A DNA stretch of 60,797 bases, counting the filler, from Actinomycetota bacterium (GTDB lineage: Bacteria > Actinomycetota > Actinomycetes > JAKEEW01): assembly GCA_046725875.1 (NCBI GenBank). It is 4 parts of 4 records of this genome, joined end to end, with 100 filler letters (N's around TTAATTAATTAA, not from the genome) between each part and the next. Parts side by side here need not be neighbours in the genome. Positions count along the whole stretch, not along the records: positions 28,300 to 43,688 come from JBKOZJ010000062.1; 3 more parts are not named here. The stretch is one strand, 5' to 3'. The translations under genes were made by a program, and so were the position numbers. Shown here one piece after another: positions 29,244-39,995 of this stretch. Every line of letters starts with the position of its first letter. Position 1 is the first letter of the stretch. Below the pieces are notes generated by a model that saw nothing but the letters and a program-made list of their open reading frames with translations, was not told the DNA's origin and did no database searches.

Positions 29244-32200
29244 ATGGGCGTACGCACCTGGCTTGGGAACTGGCCGGTCTTTCGGCAGGTCAGGGAGGGT
29301 GATCCCCTTGGGAGGGGGCGGGCCGCGCAATCTGCTCGGTCGGCGACCCTGCTGCCGCGCACCGCGTCCGCTGATCGGGTGGCGCGCTCCGTCTGCCCGT
29401 ACTGCGCCGTCGGCTGCGGCCAGAAGGTGTACGTGAAGAGTGGCGAGGTCGTCCAGATCGAGGGAGACCCGGACAGCCCGATCTCGCGCGGCCGCCTCTG
29501 CCCGAAAGGGTCGGCCAGCAAGCAGCTTGTCACCGGCCCGCAGCGCGAGCAGAAAGTGCTCTATCGGGAACCATACGCGACCGAGTGGCGCGAGCTTGAT
29601 CTCGAGACCGCGATGGACATGGTGACCGACCGTGTGCTGGACGCCCGCCGCAAGGGCTGGCAGGACGTCGACGAAAAAGGCCAGATGCTGCGCCGCACGC
29701 TTGGCATCGCGAGCCTAGGGGGCGCCACCCTCGACAACGAGGAGAATTACCTCATCAAGAAGTTGTTCACGGCGCTCGGCGCGATCCAGATCGAGAACCA
29801 GGCGCGCATATGACACTCCTCCACCGTTCCCGGTCTGGGAACTTCGTTTGGCCGCGGCGGCGCCACCAACTTCCAGCAGGACCTCGCGAACGCTGACTGC
29901 ATCGTCATCCAAGGCTCGAACATGGCCGAAGCCCATCCGGTGGGCTTCCAGTGGGTGATCGAGGCCAAGGCGCGCGGTGCGAAGGTCATCCACGTGGATC
30001 CGCGGTTCACCCGGACGAGCGCGCACGCGGACTTGTATGTGCCAATCCGGGCAGGGACCGACATTGCGTTCCTCGGCGGAGTCGTCAACTACATCCTCAG
30101 CAACGAGAAGGACTTCAGGGAGTACGTCCTCGCGTATACCAACGCGTCGTTCATCGTCGGTGAGGACTTCAAAGACACCGAAGACCTCGACGGGCTGTTC
30201 TCCGGCTACGACTCCGACACGGCTAGCTACGATACGTCGAGCTGGCAGTACGAGGGCATGCGCGAGCGGCCAGCGGCGGGGCACCGGACCGGGCACGGGG
30301 CGAAGGAGCACTCCCCCGGAGACTTGTTCGGCTCGGGCGGGCCTGCCCTGCACGGCGAGTCGCCTCATCCGCCATCCGATCCGACGCTGCAGAACCCGCG
30401 GTGCGTCTGGCAGATTCTCAAGCGCCATTACTCCCGCTACACACCGGAGATGGTCGAAGCCGTCTGCGGCATACCGACGGAACTCTTCCTAGAGGTATGC
30501 GAGACCTGGACTGCCAACTCCGGCCGTGAGCGGACAACCGAGATGGTCTACTCGGTGGGCTGGACGCAGCACACCGTCGGCGTGCAGTACATCCGAACGG
30601 CGGCGGTCATCCAGCTGCTGCTCGGCAATGTCGGTCGCCCTGGCGGCGGCATCATGGCCATGCGCGGGCACGCAAGCATCCAAGGATCGACCGACATTCC
30701 GACCCTGTTCAACCTGCTCCCGGGCTATCTGCCGATGCCGTCCGCCTCGGCCCATCCCGATCTCAGGACGTACGTCGAGTCGCTTACCGGCGAGAACCAG
30801 AAGGGCTTCTGGCACAACGCTGCGACCTACATCGTGTCGCTGCTCAAGGAGTATTGGGGCGAGGCGGCGACGGCGGACAACGATTTCTGCTTCGACTACC
30901 TGCCGCGGCTCACCGGTGATCATGGCACCTACCGCACCGCGATGGACATGGTCGACGGGAAGGTGTACGGATACTTCCTACTTGGGCAGAACCCTGCGGT
31001 CGGCTCGGCACACGGCAGGTTGCAACGGCTCGGCATGGCCAACCTCGATTGGCTGGTGGTCCGGGACTTGGCGATGATCGAAAGCGCGACGTTCTGGAAG
31101 AATGCGCCCGAGATCGAGACTGGGGAGATCGTACCCGAGCAGTGCCGGACCGAGGTCTTCTTCTTTCCCGCGGCGTCTCATGTCGAGAAGGACGGCACGT
31201 TCACCCAGACGCAGCGAATGCTGCAATGGCGCGAAAAGGCGGTCGAGCCGACGGGCGACCAGCGCTCGGAGCTGTGGTTCTTCTACGACCTCGGCCGGCG
31301 GCTAAAGGAGCGGCTTGCCGCGTCGACGGACGAGCGGGACCGACCCGTGCAGGATCTGGCCTGGGACTACGAGGTGACGGACGGTGAGCCCGCAGCGGAG
31401 GATGTGCTACGGCGGATCAATGGCTACGACCGCACGACCGGACGGCCGCTGGACTCGTACCTCCAGCTCAAGGCGGACGGATCCACCACCTGCGGCTGCT
31501 GGACCTACTGCGGCGTGTTCGCCGACGGCGTCAACCAGGCGGCCCGCCGCAAACCCTGGTATGAGCAGGGCCCGACCGCGCTCGAATGGGGCTGGGCATG
31601 GCCGCTCAACCGGCGGATCCTCTACAACCGTGCGTCCGCTGATCCTGCCGGGCAGCCCTGGAGCGATCGCAAGGCGTACATCTGGTGGGATGCGCAGAAG
31701 GGCGAGTGGACCGGCCACGACGTACCGGACTACGAGAAGACCAAGCCGCCAGACTACGAGCCGCCGTCCGATGCGGTTGGTCCGGCGGCGCTGCGCGGCG
31801 ACGATCCGTTCATCATGCAGGCCGACGGGAAGGGCTGGCTGTATGTGCCGAGTGGGCTGCTTGATGGTCCGCTCCCTACGCACTACGAGCCCCACGAATC
31901 ACCGTTCCGCAATGTGCTCTACGGCCAGCAGGGCAACCCGACGAGGAAGGTATACGGCCGCGCCGACAACCCGTCCAACCCGGCACCCCCAGAGGAGCAC
32001 GCCGACGTCTTTCCCTACGTCCTTACCACGGCGCGGCTCACCGAGCACCACACCGCCGGCGGGATGAGCCGCTTCCTGCCTTATCTCTCAGAGCTGCAAC
32101 CCGAGCTCTTCGTCGAGGTTTCCCCCGAGCTGGCCGCCGAACGCGAGCTCGAGCATCTCGGTTGGGCGCACGTCATCACCAGCAGGACCGCTATCGAGGC

Positions 32201-32543
32201 CCGGGTCTTCGTCACCGACCGGATGCGGCCGCTTCGCGTCCAGGATCGGCTGGTTCACCAGATCTGGCTGCCTTACCACTGGGGGCGGCAGGGCTTGGTT
32301 ACCGGTGATGCGGTGAACGACCTGCTCGGGGTCAGCCTCGATCCGAACGTATTCATCCAGGAGTCGAAGGTGGCCACCTGTGACATCCGACCGGGCCGGC
32401 GTCCGCAGGGACCCGCGTTGCTGGACTACGTCGACGGCTATCGGCGCCGGGCTGGAGCGACGATCGAAACCGGCACCAGGGTGGCAACGGTCGGCGAGGG
32501 TGCCGGCGTCCCTCACGTCGAGGAAGCGGAGGACCGCCGATGA
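29244..32543 (+). CDS. selenocysteine-containing formate dehydrogenase alpha subunit (FdnG/FdoG-like Mo/W-bisPGD enzyme), 1099 aa, Sec190
   Basis: RBS GGAGG, CPYCAVGCG...LCPKG Fe-S motif, in-frame TGA at 29811-29813 in ENQARI-U-HSSTV followed by a SECIS; the reading frame continues into the 29922-32543 ORF. Confidence 0.95.
29826..29842 (+). promoter_or_regulatory. bacterial SECIS hairpin
   Basis: GTTCCC-GGTCT-GGGAAC, starting 12 nt after the UGA; the GGUCUG apex resembles the E. coli fdhF SECIS. Confidence 0.92.
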
Positions 32544-33466
32544 CCGGGCAGCAAAGCCTCTACGGCCCGCTCCACGACGTGACGGCGGATGCCGGCTATC
32601 CCGCGCATCCGCCGCGAATGGGTTTCTTCACCGACACCTCGGTGTGCATCGGCTGCAAGGCCTGCGAGGTGGCCTGCAAGGAGTGGAACCTGGTTCCCGA
32701 TGACGGGTTCAACCTCCTTGGGATGTCGTTCGACAACACCGGCCAGCTCGGGGCGAACTCATGGCGACACGTGGCCTTCATCGAGCAGCAGCGGCCGGTG
32801 CGACGGGAACCGGTCAACATGGGGATGCCGTCGGTCGGTCCGCCCGATGGACAGCCCGTCGCAGCTGACCGGGGCGAAGACAGCGGTGGGGACGAGACAG
32901 AGCTGCGCTGGCTGATGGCGTCGGACGTGTGCAAGCACTGCACCCACGCCGGCTGTCTCGACGTCTGCCCGACCGGTGCACTGTTTCGCACCGAGTTCGG
33001 CACGGTGGTCGTGCAGCAAGACATCTGCAACGGGTGCGGCTACTGCGTATCCGCCTGCCCCTACGGTGTGATCGAGCGCCGCGAGGAGGACGGTCGGGCC
33101 TGGAAGTGCACCATGTGCTACGACCGTCTCCGGGGCGGTCTCGAACCGGCGTGCGCCAAGGCCTGTCCGACCGACTCGATCCAGTTCGGGCCGCTCGCCG
33201 AGCTCCGCGAACGGGCGGTGGAGCGGATCGAGCAGCTGCACGCCGAAGGAGTGCCCGAGGCACGCCTCTACGGCGAGGACCCGGCCGACGGGGTCGGCGG
33301 CGACGGCGCGTTCTTCTTGCTTCTCGACGAGCCTGAGGTGTACGGCCTGCCGCCGGATCCGGTGGTGCCGACCCGGGACCTGACCGGTATTTACCGCTTC
33401 GCTGCGGCCGCCGCCGGCGGACTGCTCGCGGCGGCGGTCTCGGTTTTCGCGGGAGGACGAAGCTGA
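32540..33466 (+). CDS. formate dehydrogenase iron-sulfur (beta) subunit
   Basis: CIGCKACEVAC, CKHCTHAGCLDVCP, CNGCGYCVSACP, CTMC...CAKACP; C-terminal hydrophobic anchor; ATGA overlap. Confidence 0.93.
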   Translation: MTGQQSLYGPLHDVTADAGYPAHPPRMGFFTDTSVCIGCKACEVACKEWNLVPDDGFNLLGMSFDNTGQLGANSWRHVAFIEQQRPVRREPVNMGMPSVGPPDGQPVAADRGEDSGGDETELRWLMASDVCKHCTHAGCLDVCPTGALFRTEFGTVVVQQDICNGCGYCVSACPYGVIERREEDGRAWKCTMCYDRLRGGLEPACAKACPTDSIQFGPLAELRERAVERIEQLHAEGVPEARLYGEDPADGVGGDGAFFLLLDEPEVYGLPPDPVVPTRDLTGIYRFAAAAAGGLLAAAVSVFAGGRS

Positions 33467-34554
33467 TGGACGAGCCCGGCACGGACTGGCGGATGCGCGA
33501 GCCGCGAAGTGATGAGGGTGCGCGCGATCATGCCGCCCGATCCGGGGGGTGGGTGCGGTCCGGGCCGCGGCAGGCTGCGCGTCGTCCGGCCGACGGCGAC
33601 GGATCGCGAGAGGTCGCGATGGTGCCTCCGGCCGAGTTCACGTCCTACTACGGCAGGCCGGTCTTGAAACCACCGGCATGGGGGGACAACGTCGCCTATT
33701 ACTTCTTCCTCGGCGGCCTCGCGGCCGGATCGAGCCTGCTCGGAGCCGGCGCCGACCTCACCGGTCGGCCGAGCCTACGCCGGGCGGGTCGGGTCGGCGC
33801 GCTGGGCTCGCTCGCCCTCGGCACGGTGTTCCTCATTCGCGACCTCGGCCGGCCGGACCGGTTCATCAACATGCTCCGGGTCGCGAAGCTCACCTCCCCT
33901 ATGAGCGTCGGGTCCTGGATCCTGACCGCCTTCGGTCCGGGTGTGGGCGTAGCGGCGGCGAGCGAGTTGATGCCGCAGTGGCTGCACCGCACCCGGCTGG
34001 GACGTGTCGTCGCCGGGCTCGCCCGGCCAGCCGGCCTGGCCTCGGCCGCCGTCGCCCCGGCGGTGGCCTCCTACACAGCGGCGCTGGTGTCGCAAACTGC
34101 CGTACCGGCCTGGAACGCGGCCCATCCCGAGCTTCCGTTCATCTTCACCGGGAGCTCCGCCGCAAGCGCGGGCGGCCTCGGCATGCTTGCCGCCGACACT
34201 GCCGAGGCGGGACCGGCGCGTCGGTTGGCGCTCTACGGGGCGCTCGTCGAGCTCGGCGCCTCCCAGCAGATAGAAAGCCGCCTCGGGCTGGTCGGAGAAG
34301 CGTTCACGACCGGAGAGGCGCGCGTCTACCTCGACCGGGCCCGTTGGCTCACCATGGCCGGCGTCCTCGGAAGCAACCTGTTCGGCCACCGGAGCCGACT
34401 TGCCGCCGCCGCTTCGGGCACCGCGTTGCTCGCCGGGGGGTTCTACGAGCGGCTGGGCCTATTCCGTGCAGGCCAGGCGTCAGCGACGGATCCCAAATAC
34501 ACGGTGATCCCGCAACGTGCCCGCCTCGAGCAACGCAACGCCGACAGCACCTGA
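33466..34554 (+). CDS. NrfD/PsrC-family membrane anchor subunit
   Basis: SYYGRPVLKPPAW, YFFLGGLAAGS, DLGRPDRFINML...SPMSVGSW. Confidence 0.9.
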   Translation: MDEPGTDWRMREPRSDEGARDHAARSGGWVRSGPRQAARRPADGDGSREVAMVPPAEFTSYYGRPVLKPPAWGDNVAYYFFLGGLAAGSSLLGAGADLTGRPSLRRAGRVGALGSLALGTVFLIRDLGRPDRFINMLRVAKLTSPMSVGSWILTAFGPGVGVAAASELMPQWLHRTRLGRVVAGLARPAGLASAAVAPAVASYTAALVSQTAVPAWNAAHPELPFIFTGSSAASAGGLGMLAADTAEAGPARRLALYGALVELGASQQIESRLGLVGEAFTTGEARVYLDRARWLTMAGVLGSNLFGHRSRLAAAASGTALLAGGFYERLGLFRAGQASATDPKYTVIPQRARLEQRNADST

Positions 34555-34594
34555 CGGGCACCTTCGCCACTCGCCCGCCGAATCCTCATAGTTC

Positions 34595-34662
34595 CTTGAT
34601 CGCCGTAAGGTGGATCATACTGTCCCAGACCGGCCACTGTGATCCACCTTTTGACGATCAAG
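34595..34662. repeat. 68-bp imperfect palindrome between convergent genes (REP-like; possible bidirectional terminator)
   Basis: CTTGATCG-N4-AAGGTGGATCA ... TGATCCACCTT-N4-CGATCAAG. Confidence 0.7.
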
Positions 34663-34699
34663 CCGGCTGAGGGCGACGCCGGGTCAATCCCGCCGTTGG

Positions 34700-35719
34700 T
34701 TAGCGGACCACCAGCGTGACGCGGTCGGTACGACGCGGGATGATCTCACCGATGATTGGATGGCCCGGGAGCTCTCCGGCGACCAACAGGCCGCCCGAGG
34801 TCTGGGCATCGGCGAGAAGCAGCAGCTCGTCCTCATTCCAGCGTCCACGGTCGAGGTACGGCCTGACCCAAGCGAGGTTGCGTTTCGTCCCGCCGCTCAC
34901 GTAGCCTGCGGCAACTGCCTCGCGGGCTCCGTCGAGGTACGGGACCCGAGCGGCGTCAACGACGGCCGTGACGCCGCTCGCCCGCGCCAGTTTGTGGAGG
35001 TGTCCGAGCAATCCGAATCCGGTGATGTCGGTTGCGCAGCGAGCGCCGGAATCAACTGCGGCACGAGCCGCGGCACGGTTGAGGGCAGCCATGACCTCGA
35101 CCGCGTGGCCGAAGACCTCGCCGGTCGCCTTATGGCGGTTGTTCAGCACGCCGATACCCAGCGGCTTGGTCAGGGTCAGCGGCTGCCCGGGCCGTGCTGC
35201 GTCGTTGCGAAGCAGCCGATTGGGATCGGCGATGCCGGTGACCGCCATTCCGTACTTGGGTTCTGGGTCGTCGATGCTGTGCCCGCCCGCGACATGGCAG
35301 CCGCCGTCCCGGGCAACATCGAGCCCACCGCGCAGCACTTCGGCGGCAAGCTCGTAGGGCAGGACATCTCGCGGCCAGCCGAGAAGGTTCACCGCGATCA
35401 GTGGCGTCCCGCCCATCGCGTACACATCTGACAGGGCGTTGGCCGCGGCGATCCGCCCCCAGTCGTACGGGTCGTCGACGACTGGGGTGAAGAAGTCCGC
35501 GGTGGCAAGGACCGCGAAGCCGCCATCAACCCGGACGACCGCCGCATCGTCGCCGTCCTCGAGCCCGACGACGAGCTCACCAACCGCTCCTAGCGGACTG
35601 GCCCCCGTCAACCCGGCAATGATGGACTCGAGCTCACCGGGTGGGATCTTGCATGCACAGCCGCCACCATGCGCGTAATGCGTGAGCCGACGGGCGAGGC
35701 GGGCTGACTGTACGGCCAC
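34700..35719 (-). CDS. selD: selenide, water dikinase (Cys form)
   Basis: HGGGCACKIP, DDAAV, TADFFTPVVDDPYDWGRIAAANALSDVYAMGG, DITGFGLLGH, DAQTSGGLL. Confidence 0.97.
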   Translation of the reverse strand: MAVQSARLARRLTHYAHGGGCACKIPPGELESIIAGLTGASPLGAVGELVVGLEDGDDAAVVRVDGGFAVLATADFFTPVVDDPYDWGRIAAANALSDVYAMGGTPLIAVNLLGWPRDVLPYELAAEVLRGGLDVARDGGCHVAGGHSIDDPEPKYGMAVTGIADPNRLLRNDAARPGQPLTLTKPLGIGVLNNRHKATGEVFGHAVEVMAALNRAAARAAVDSGARCATDITGFGLLGHLHKLARASGVTAVVDAARVPYLDGAREAVAAGYVSGGTKRNLAWVRPYLDRGRWNEDELLLLADAQTSGGLLVAGELPGHPIIGEIIPRRTDRVTLVVR

Positions 35720-35901
35720 CGCACGAGCATGTCACCGCCGGTCCTGATGGTTGTACGGGGTCATGCAGTCGGGTATCCCGGCCGGGCGAGGGACGGCCTT
35801 CTCAGCGCTCCGATCGCAGCTGGGTATTTTCAACGGACGCTGCTTGACCGCGCGCCCGGTGCGGCGGCCGGCCGCGTCAGCAGTCGGTAAAGTGCTTGAT
35901 C

Positions 35902-35997
35902 GGAGGCGTTCAGGTGGCTGGTGCCCCTCCCGGTCTTCAAAACCGGAGTGGCCCGGGAACCGGGCCAGGCGGGTTCGATTCCCGTCCGCCTCCGCCA
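35902..35997 (+). tRNA. selC: tRNA-Sec (anticodon UCA)
   Basis: GGAGGCG/CGCCTCC acceptor stem with GCCA end, anticodon arm CCGGT-CTTCAAA-ACCGG (TCA at 35937-35939), long variable arm TGGCCCGG...CCGGGCCA, GGTTCGATTCC T-loop; TAAAGT -10 at 35888-35893. Confidence 0.97.
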
Positions 35998-36015
35998 CGC
36001 GACCGGGAGGTGGCG

Positions 36016-37335
36016 GTGACGGCGGGCGAGGCGGCGGACCGGCGGCGACGCATCCCGCGAACCGACGCCGTGCTCGCCGACCCCCGACTGATCGCCGCAT
36101 CCGCCACGCTCGGTCGGGCGGTGGTGAAGGACCTCGTCGTCGCCGTACAGGAGAGGGCGCGGCGAGGCGAGATCGTGCCGGAGGCCGTCGCCGACGTCGC
36201 GGCGGCCGCACTCCCGAGCTCGGCCACCACACTACGACCGGTGATCAATGCAACCGGAGTGCTCTTGCACACTAACCTCGGACGCGCGCCACTGTCGGCG
36301 GCGGCGGTCGACGCGCTCCGAGCGGCGGCCGGATACACCGACGTCGAGTTCGACCTGGCAACCGGAGGCCGAGCGCGGCGTGGAGGTGGTGCGCTTGACG
36401 CGCTGGCGGCCCGGGTACCGGCGGCTGAGGCGGTTCACGTTGTCAACAACGGCGCCGCAGCTCTCGTCCTCGCGGCGACGGCTTTGGCGTCCGGGCGCGA
36501 GATCTTGGTCAGCCGCGGTGAGCTGGTGGAGATCGGTGCCGGGTTCCGGCTGCCGGACCTGCTCCAGTCCACTGGAGCCCGACTCCGCGAGGTCGGTACG
36601 ACCAATCGGACCGCCCTGCGGGACTACGCGAGAGCGATCAGGCCCGAGACCGGCCTCGTGCTCAAGGTGCACCCGTCCAATTTCGTCATGCGCGGCTTCA
36701 CGTCGTCGGTCGACACGGCCGATCTTGCCGGCTTGGGTCCGCCGGTGGTCGTCGACATCGGCTCCGGCCTCCTCGTACCGGATCCGCTGCTCCCTGGCGA
36801 GCCCGACGCGACCACCGCGCTGAACGCCGGAGCTGCCTTGGTAACCGCGAGCGGAGACAAGCTGCTTGGCGGGCCACAGGCCGGTCTCCTGCTCGGCCGG
36901 GGTCGCGAAGTCGGGCGGCTGCGGCGCCACCCGCTGGCGCGTGCGCTGAGAGTCGACAAGCTTACGCTCGCGGCCCTGGAGGCGACCTTGCGCGGCCCGC
37001 AGACCCCAAGCTGGCAGGCGCTGCGCCGGACGGCGGCCGAGCTCCGCTCGCGCGCCGAGCAGCTCCGCGACGGGCTCCGCGGGCACCAGATCCAGGTCGA
37101 TGCGGTCGAGACGACCAGCGTGGTCGGCGGCGGGGGCGCGCCAGGGGTCAGGTTGCGCTCCTGGGCGATCGCACTCGATCCCGTTTTCGCGGCTCCACTG
37201 CGGGTGGGCGAGCCATCCGTGATCGGGCGATTCGACCAGCAACGGCTGCTGCTCGACCTGCGGTGCGTACCGCCCGATCTCGATGGGACCGTTCAAGGCG
37301 CGGTCGTCGCGGCCGCCGCGGGCCGAGCCGGCTGA
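36016..37335 (+). CDS. selA: L-seryl-tRNA(Sec) selenium transferase
   Basis: [56 protein letters not shown] before GTG 36016. Confidence 0.97.
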   Translation: MTAGEAADRRRRIPRTDAVLADPRLIAASATLGRAVVKDLVVAVQERARRGEIVPEAVADVAAAALPSSATTLRPVINATGVLLHTNLGRAPLSAAAVDALRAAAGYTDVEFDLATGGRARRGGGALDALAARVPAAEAVHVVNNGAAALVLAATALASGREILVSRGELVEIGAGFRLPDLLQSTGARLREVGTTNRTALRDYARAIRPETGLVLKVHPSNFVMRGFTSSVDTADLAGLGPPVVVDIGSGLLVPDPLLPGEPDATTALNAGAALVTASGDKLLGGPQAGLLLGRGREVGRLRRHPLARALRVDKLTLAALEATLRGPQTPSWQALRRTAAELRSRAEQLRDGLRGHQIQVDAVETTSVVGGGGAPGVRLRSWAIALDPVFAAPLRVGEPSVIGRFDQQRLLLDLRCVPPDLDGTVQGAVVAAAAGRAG

Positions 37336-37336
37336 C

Positions 37337-39112
37337 ATGTACGTCGTCGCCACCGCCGGACACGTGGACCACGGGAAGTCGACCCTGGTCCGCGCGCTGA
37401 CCGGGATGGAGCCTGACCGGTGGGCCGAGGAACGCCGCCGCGGTATGACGATCGACCTTGGCTTCGCTTGGACAGATCTGCCGTCCGGCGCGACGGTCGC
37501 CTTTGTGGACGTCCCCGGACACGAACGGTTCGTGCCGAACATGCTCGCCGGAGTCGGGGCGGTGCCCGCCGTTTTGTTCGTCGTGGCGGCGGACGAGGGC
37601 TGGATGCCGCAGTCGGCGGAGCACCTCGCCGCGCTGGACGCCCTGGGTGTACGGCACGGCGTGCTTGCGGTTACCCGCAGCGATCTCGCCGATCCGGCCG
37701 ACGCGATCGAGCGGGCCCGCGCCGAGATTGCCCGTACATCGCTCGGCCCGGTGGAGGCGGTCGCGGTAAGCCCCCCGGCCGGGATGGGGTTGTCCGTATT
37801 GCGCGGCGCGCTCGATCGGCTGCTGGCCCGGCTGCCCGCGCCGGACCTGGGTGCGCCGGTACGGTTGTGGCTCGACCGATGCTTCTCGATTCGCGGCAGC
37901 GGCACAGTGGTCACCGGCACACTGGCCGCGGGGCGGCTGCATGTCGGCGACGAGTTGGAGTTCGCCCCGCGCGGCCGGATCGTTCGAGTTCGCGGCCTTC
38001 AGATGCTCGGCCGGCCGGTCGCCGAAGCGGGCGCAGTCGCCCGGGTCGCCGTAAACCTTCGCGGCGCCGGGCCGGACGAGCTGCGCCGAGGTGATGCGCT
38101 GCTCACGCCCCAGCGGTTTCTCCTGACCGACCTCGTGGACATCCGAGTCCACGGCGATCCAGTCGCCACGCTGCCGAGGACCGTGATGTTCCACCTCGGC
38201 TCCGCGGCGGTGGCCGCGCGGGTACGCCCGCTGGGTACCGACACTGCAAGGCTCGCGTTGACGCGGAAGCTCCCGCTGCGGATCGGCGACCGAGGTCTCC
38301 TTCGCGACCCGGGGCGGCACCACGTTCCCGGCGGGGTGGTCGTGCTCGATGTGGCCCCGCCCGCCCTGGGCCGTCGGGGCGCGGCCGCGGCGCGCGCCCG
38401 GCTCCTAGGCAGTATGGGCGGGAGTCCGGACGAGCGGTCTGAGCTGTCGCGCCGCGGCATCATCAGGCAAAGCGACTTGGAGCGGATGGGGGTAACCCCA
38501 GCTGCCCGCCCGATCGCCGGCGACTGGCTGGTCGACCCGGACCTCTGGCACGCGCTGCAAGAACAGCTCGAACCACTCGTCGCCGACTGGATGCGTGAGC
38601 ACCCGCTGGAACCCGGTCCACCGATCGAAGTGATGCGGCGGGCGCTCCGGCTCCCCGACCGGTCGCTTGTCAATGCAATGATCACTGCGTCATTGGCTGT
38701 CCGCAACGGCAGGGTCGTCCGGATTGACGACAAACCTGGGGCGCTTCCACCGTCGATCGCGGAGGCCATCGAGAAGCTCCGGGCCGACCTGGCGGCAGAT
38801 CCGTTCGTGGCCCCGGACGCGGCCCGCCTTACCGAGCTGGGACTGGGACCTCGAGAACTTGCGGCCGCGGCGCGAGCAGGGGCCCTGGAACGGATCGGTG
38901 AGGGAATCGTCCTGCTCCCCGGCAGCATCGAGCGAGCGGTGTCTGTGCTCGCCACTCTCCCTCAGCCGTTCACGTTGAGCGCGGCGCGGCAGGCGCTTGG
39001 AACGACCCGGCGGGTCGCCATACCACTCTTGGAGTTGCTGGATGGGCGCGGGCTGACCGAGCGCCTACCTGACGACCGCCGGCGGACCCGAGCGCCGGAG
39101 CAAGAGATCTGA
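37337..39112 (+). CDS. selB: selenocysteine-specific elongation factor
   Basis: [35 protein letters not shown]-terminal winged helix [20 protein letters not shown]. Confidence 0.96.
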   Translation: MYVVATAGHVDHGKSTLVRALTGMEPDRWAEERRRGMTIDLGFAWTDLPSGATVAFVDVPGHERFVPNMLAGVGAVPAVLFVVAADEGWMPQSAEHLAALDALGVRHGVLAVTRSDLADPADAIERARAEIARTSLGPVEAVAVSPPAGMGLSVLRGALDRLLARLPAPDLGAPVRLWLDRCFSIRGSGTVVTGTLAAGRLHVGDELEFAPRGRIVRVRGLQMLGRPVAEAGAVARVAVNLRGAGPDELRRGDALLTPQRFLLTDLVDIRVHGDPVATLPRTVMFHLGSAAVAARVRPLGTDTARLALTRKLPLRIGDRGLLRDPGRHHVPGGVVVLDVAPPALGRRGAAAARARLLGSMGGSPDERSELSRRGIIRQSDLERMGVTPAARPIAGDWLVDPDLWHALQEQLEPLVADWMREHPLEPGPPIEVMRRALRLPDRSLVNAMITASLAVRNGRVVRIDDKPGALPPSIAEAIEKLRADLAADPFVAPDAARLTELGLGPRELAAAARAGALERIGEGIVLLPGSIERAVSVLATLPQPFTLSAARQALGTTRRVAIPLLELLDGRGLTERLPDDRRRTRAPEQEI

Positions 39113-39639
39113 TGGGAATCAAGCAGTCTGATCGACAAGTATCCGCCGGGCGGCTTGAGAGACTGGCCCGCGATCTCCTCGACGCATCGACGTTGTGTGC
39201 GATCGCGACCGTGTCGTCCGACGGCGGCGCTCACGTCAATACGGCATACTTCACGTGGTCCAACCGGCTTGATCTCGTCTGGTTGTCTGACCCGGGTGCG
39301 AAACACTCGAGAAATCTGCATGAACGTTCCACGGCGGCGATCGCGGTATACGACTCCCGTCAGACGTGGGGCAGTCCCGACCGCGGCGTCCAGCTCTTCG
39401 GTACGGCAGGCCGGACAGTCAACGGCGAGGCCACGCGCGAGGCGGAGGTGATCTATGCCGCACGGTTTCCTGGCTATCGCGTGGCCGATTTCGAGGCGTA
39501 CTGCTTCTATCGCTTTCGACCACACCTGCTCAAGGTCTTCGACGAAACCTCGCTGGGCAGCGGCGTCTTCGTCACGGCACGAGTCACCGACGGCGCGCTC
39601 ACCTGGGTCTCGACCGAGGTGTACGACGCCAACTCCTGA
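39112..39639 (+). CDS. pyridoxamine 5'-phosphate oxidase-like split-barrel protein
   Basis: LCAIATVSSDGGAHVNTAYF...HSRNL...AIAVYDS...RGVQLFG; coupled to the selB stop. Confidence 0.75.
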   Translation: MGIKQSDRQVSAGRLERLARDLLDASTLCAIATVSSDGGAHVNTAYFTWSNRLDLVWLSDPGAKHSRNLHERSTAAIAVYDSRQTWGSPDRGVQLFGTAGRTVNGEATREAEVIYAARFPGYRVADFEAYCFYRFRPHLLKVFDETSLGSGVFVTARVTDGALTWVSTEVYDANS

Positions 39640-39677
39640 CGCTTGGATGCGACGCCCGCTGGCTGTCGTCCGGCCGC

Positions 39678-39857
39678 CCGCCCGATTTCGTGGCAACATT
39701 GGACCAGGTCACTCACGCCAACCGCTTCTTTGACGGACTGTCGTACAGCAAGAAGCAATGGCACGTTCTCTCGATCGAGGGCGCTCGGACGGCCGAAACC
39801 CGTCAGCGACGTATCCAGAAGTCGCTCGACATGTTGCGCCACGACAAAGCCACGTGA
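39678..39857 (+). pseudogene. C-terminal fragment of a YdeI/OmpD-associated (OmdA-like) protein
   Basis: PPDFVATLD...FFDGLSYSKKQWHVLSIEGARTAETRQRRIQKSLDML with no N-terminal half or start. Confidence 0.7.
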
Positions 39858-39995
39858 TTCGCCGTGGCACGACGACAGGTCACAAAGTCCCCAAGCTCAC
39901 AAAACGAGAGCGTCGGTCCCGAGCCCCCAAGACACCGGGCCGCTGGCGGCCCCGAGCAGAATATGCGAACAGGCACCATCGAGTACCGGGGATGC

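Noticed and set aside
29187..29813. Apparent truncated FDH gene or pseudogene
   Set aside because: The stop is a Sec UGA with a SECIS and full sel machinery nearby.
34700..35719. SelD as a second selenoprotein
   Set aside because: The active site is GCACK encoded by Cys codons; there is no in-frame UGA.
35896..36015. N-terminal extension of SelA in the ORF track
   Set aside because: It overlaps tRNA-Sec; the real RBS and GTG are at 36006-36018.
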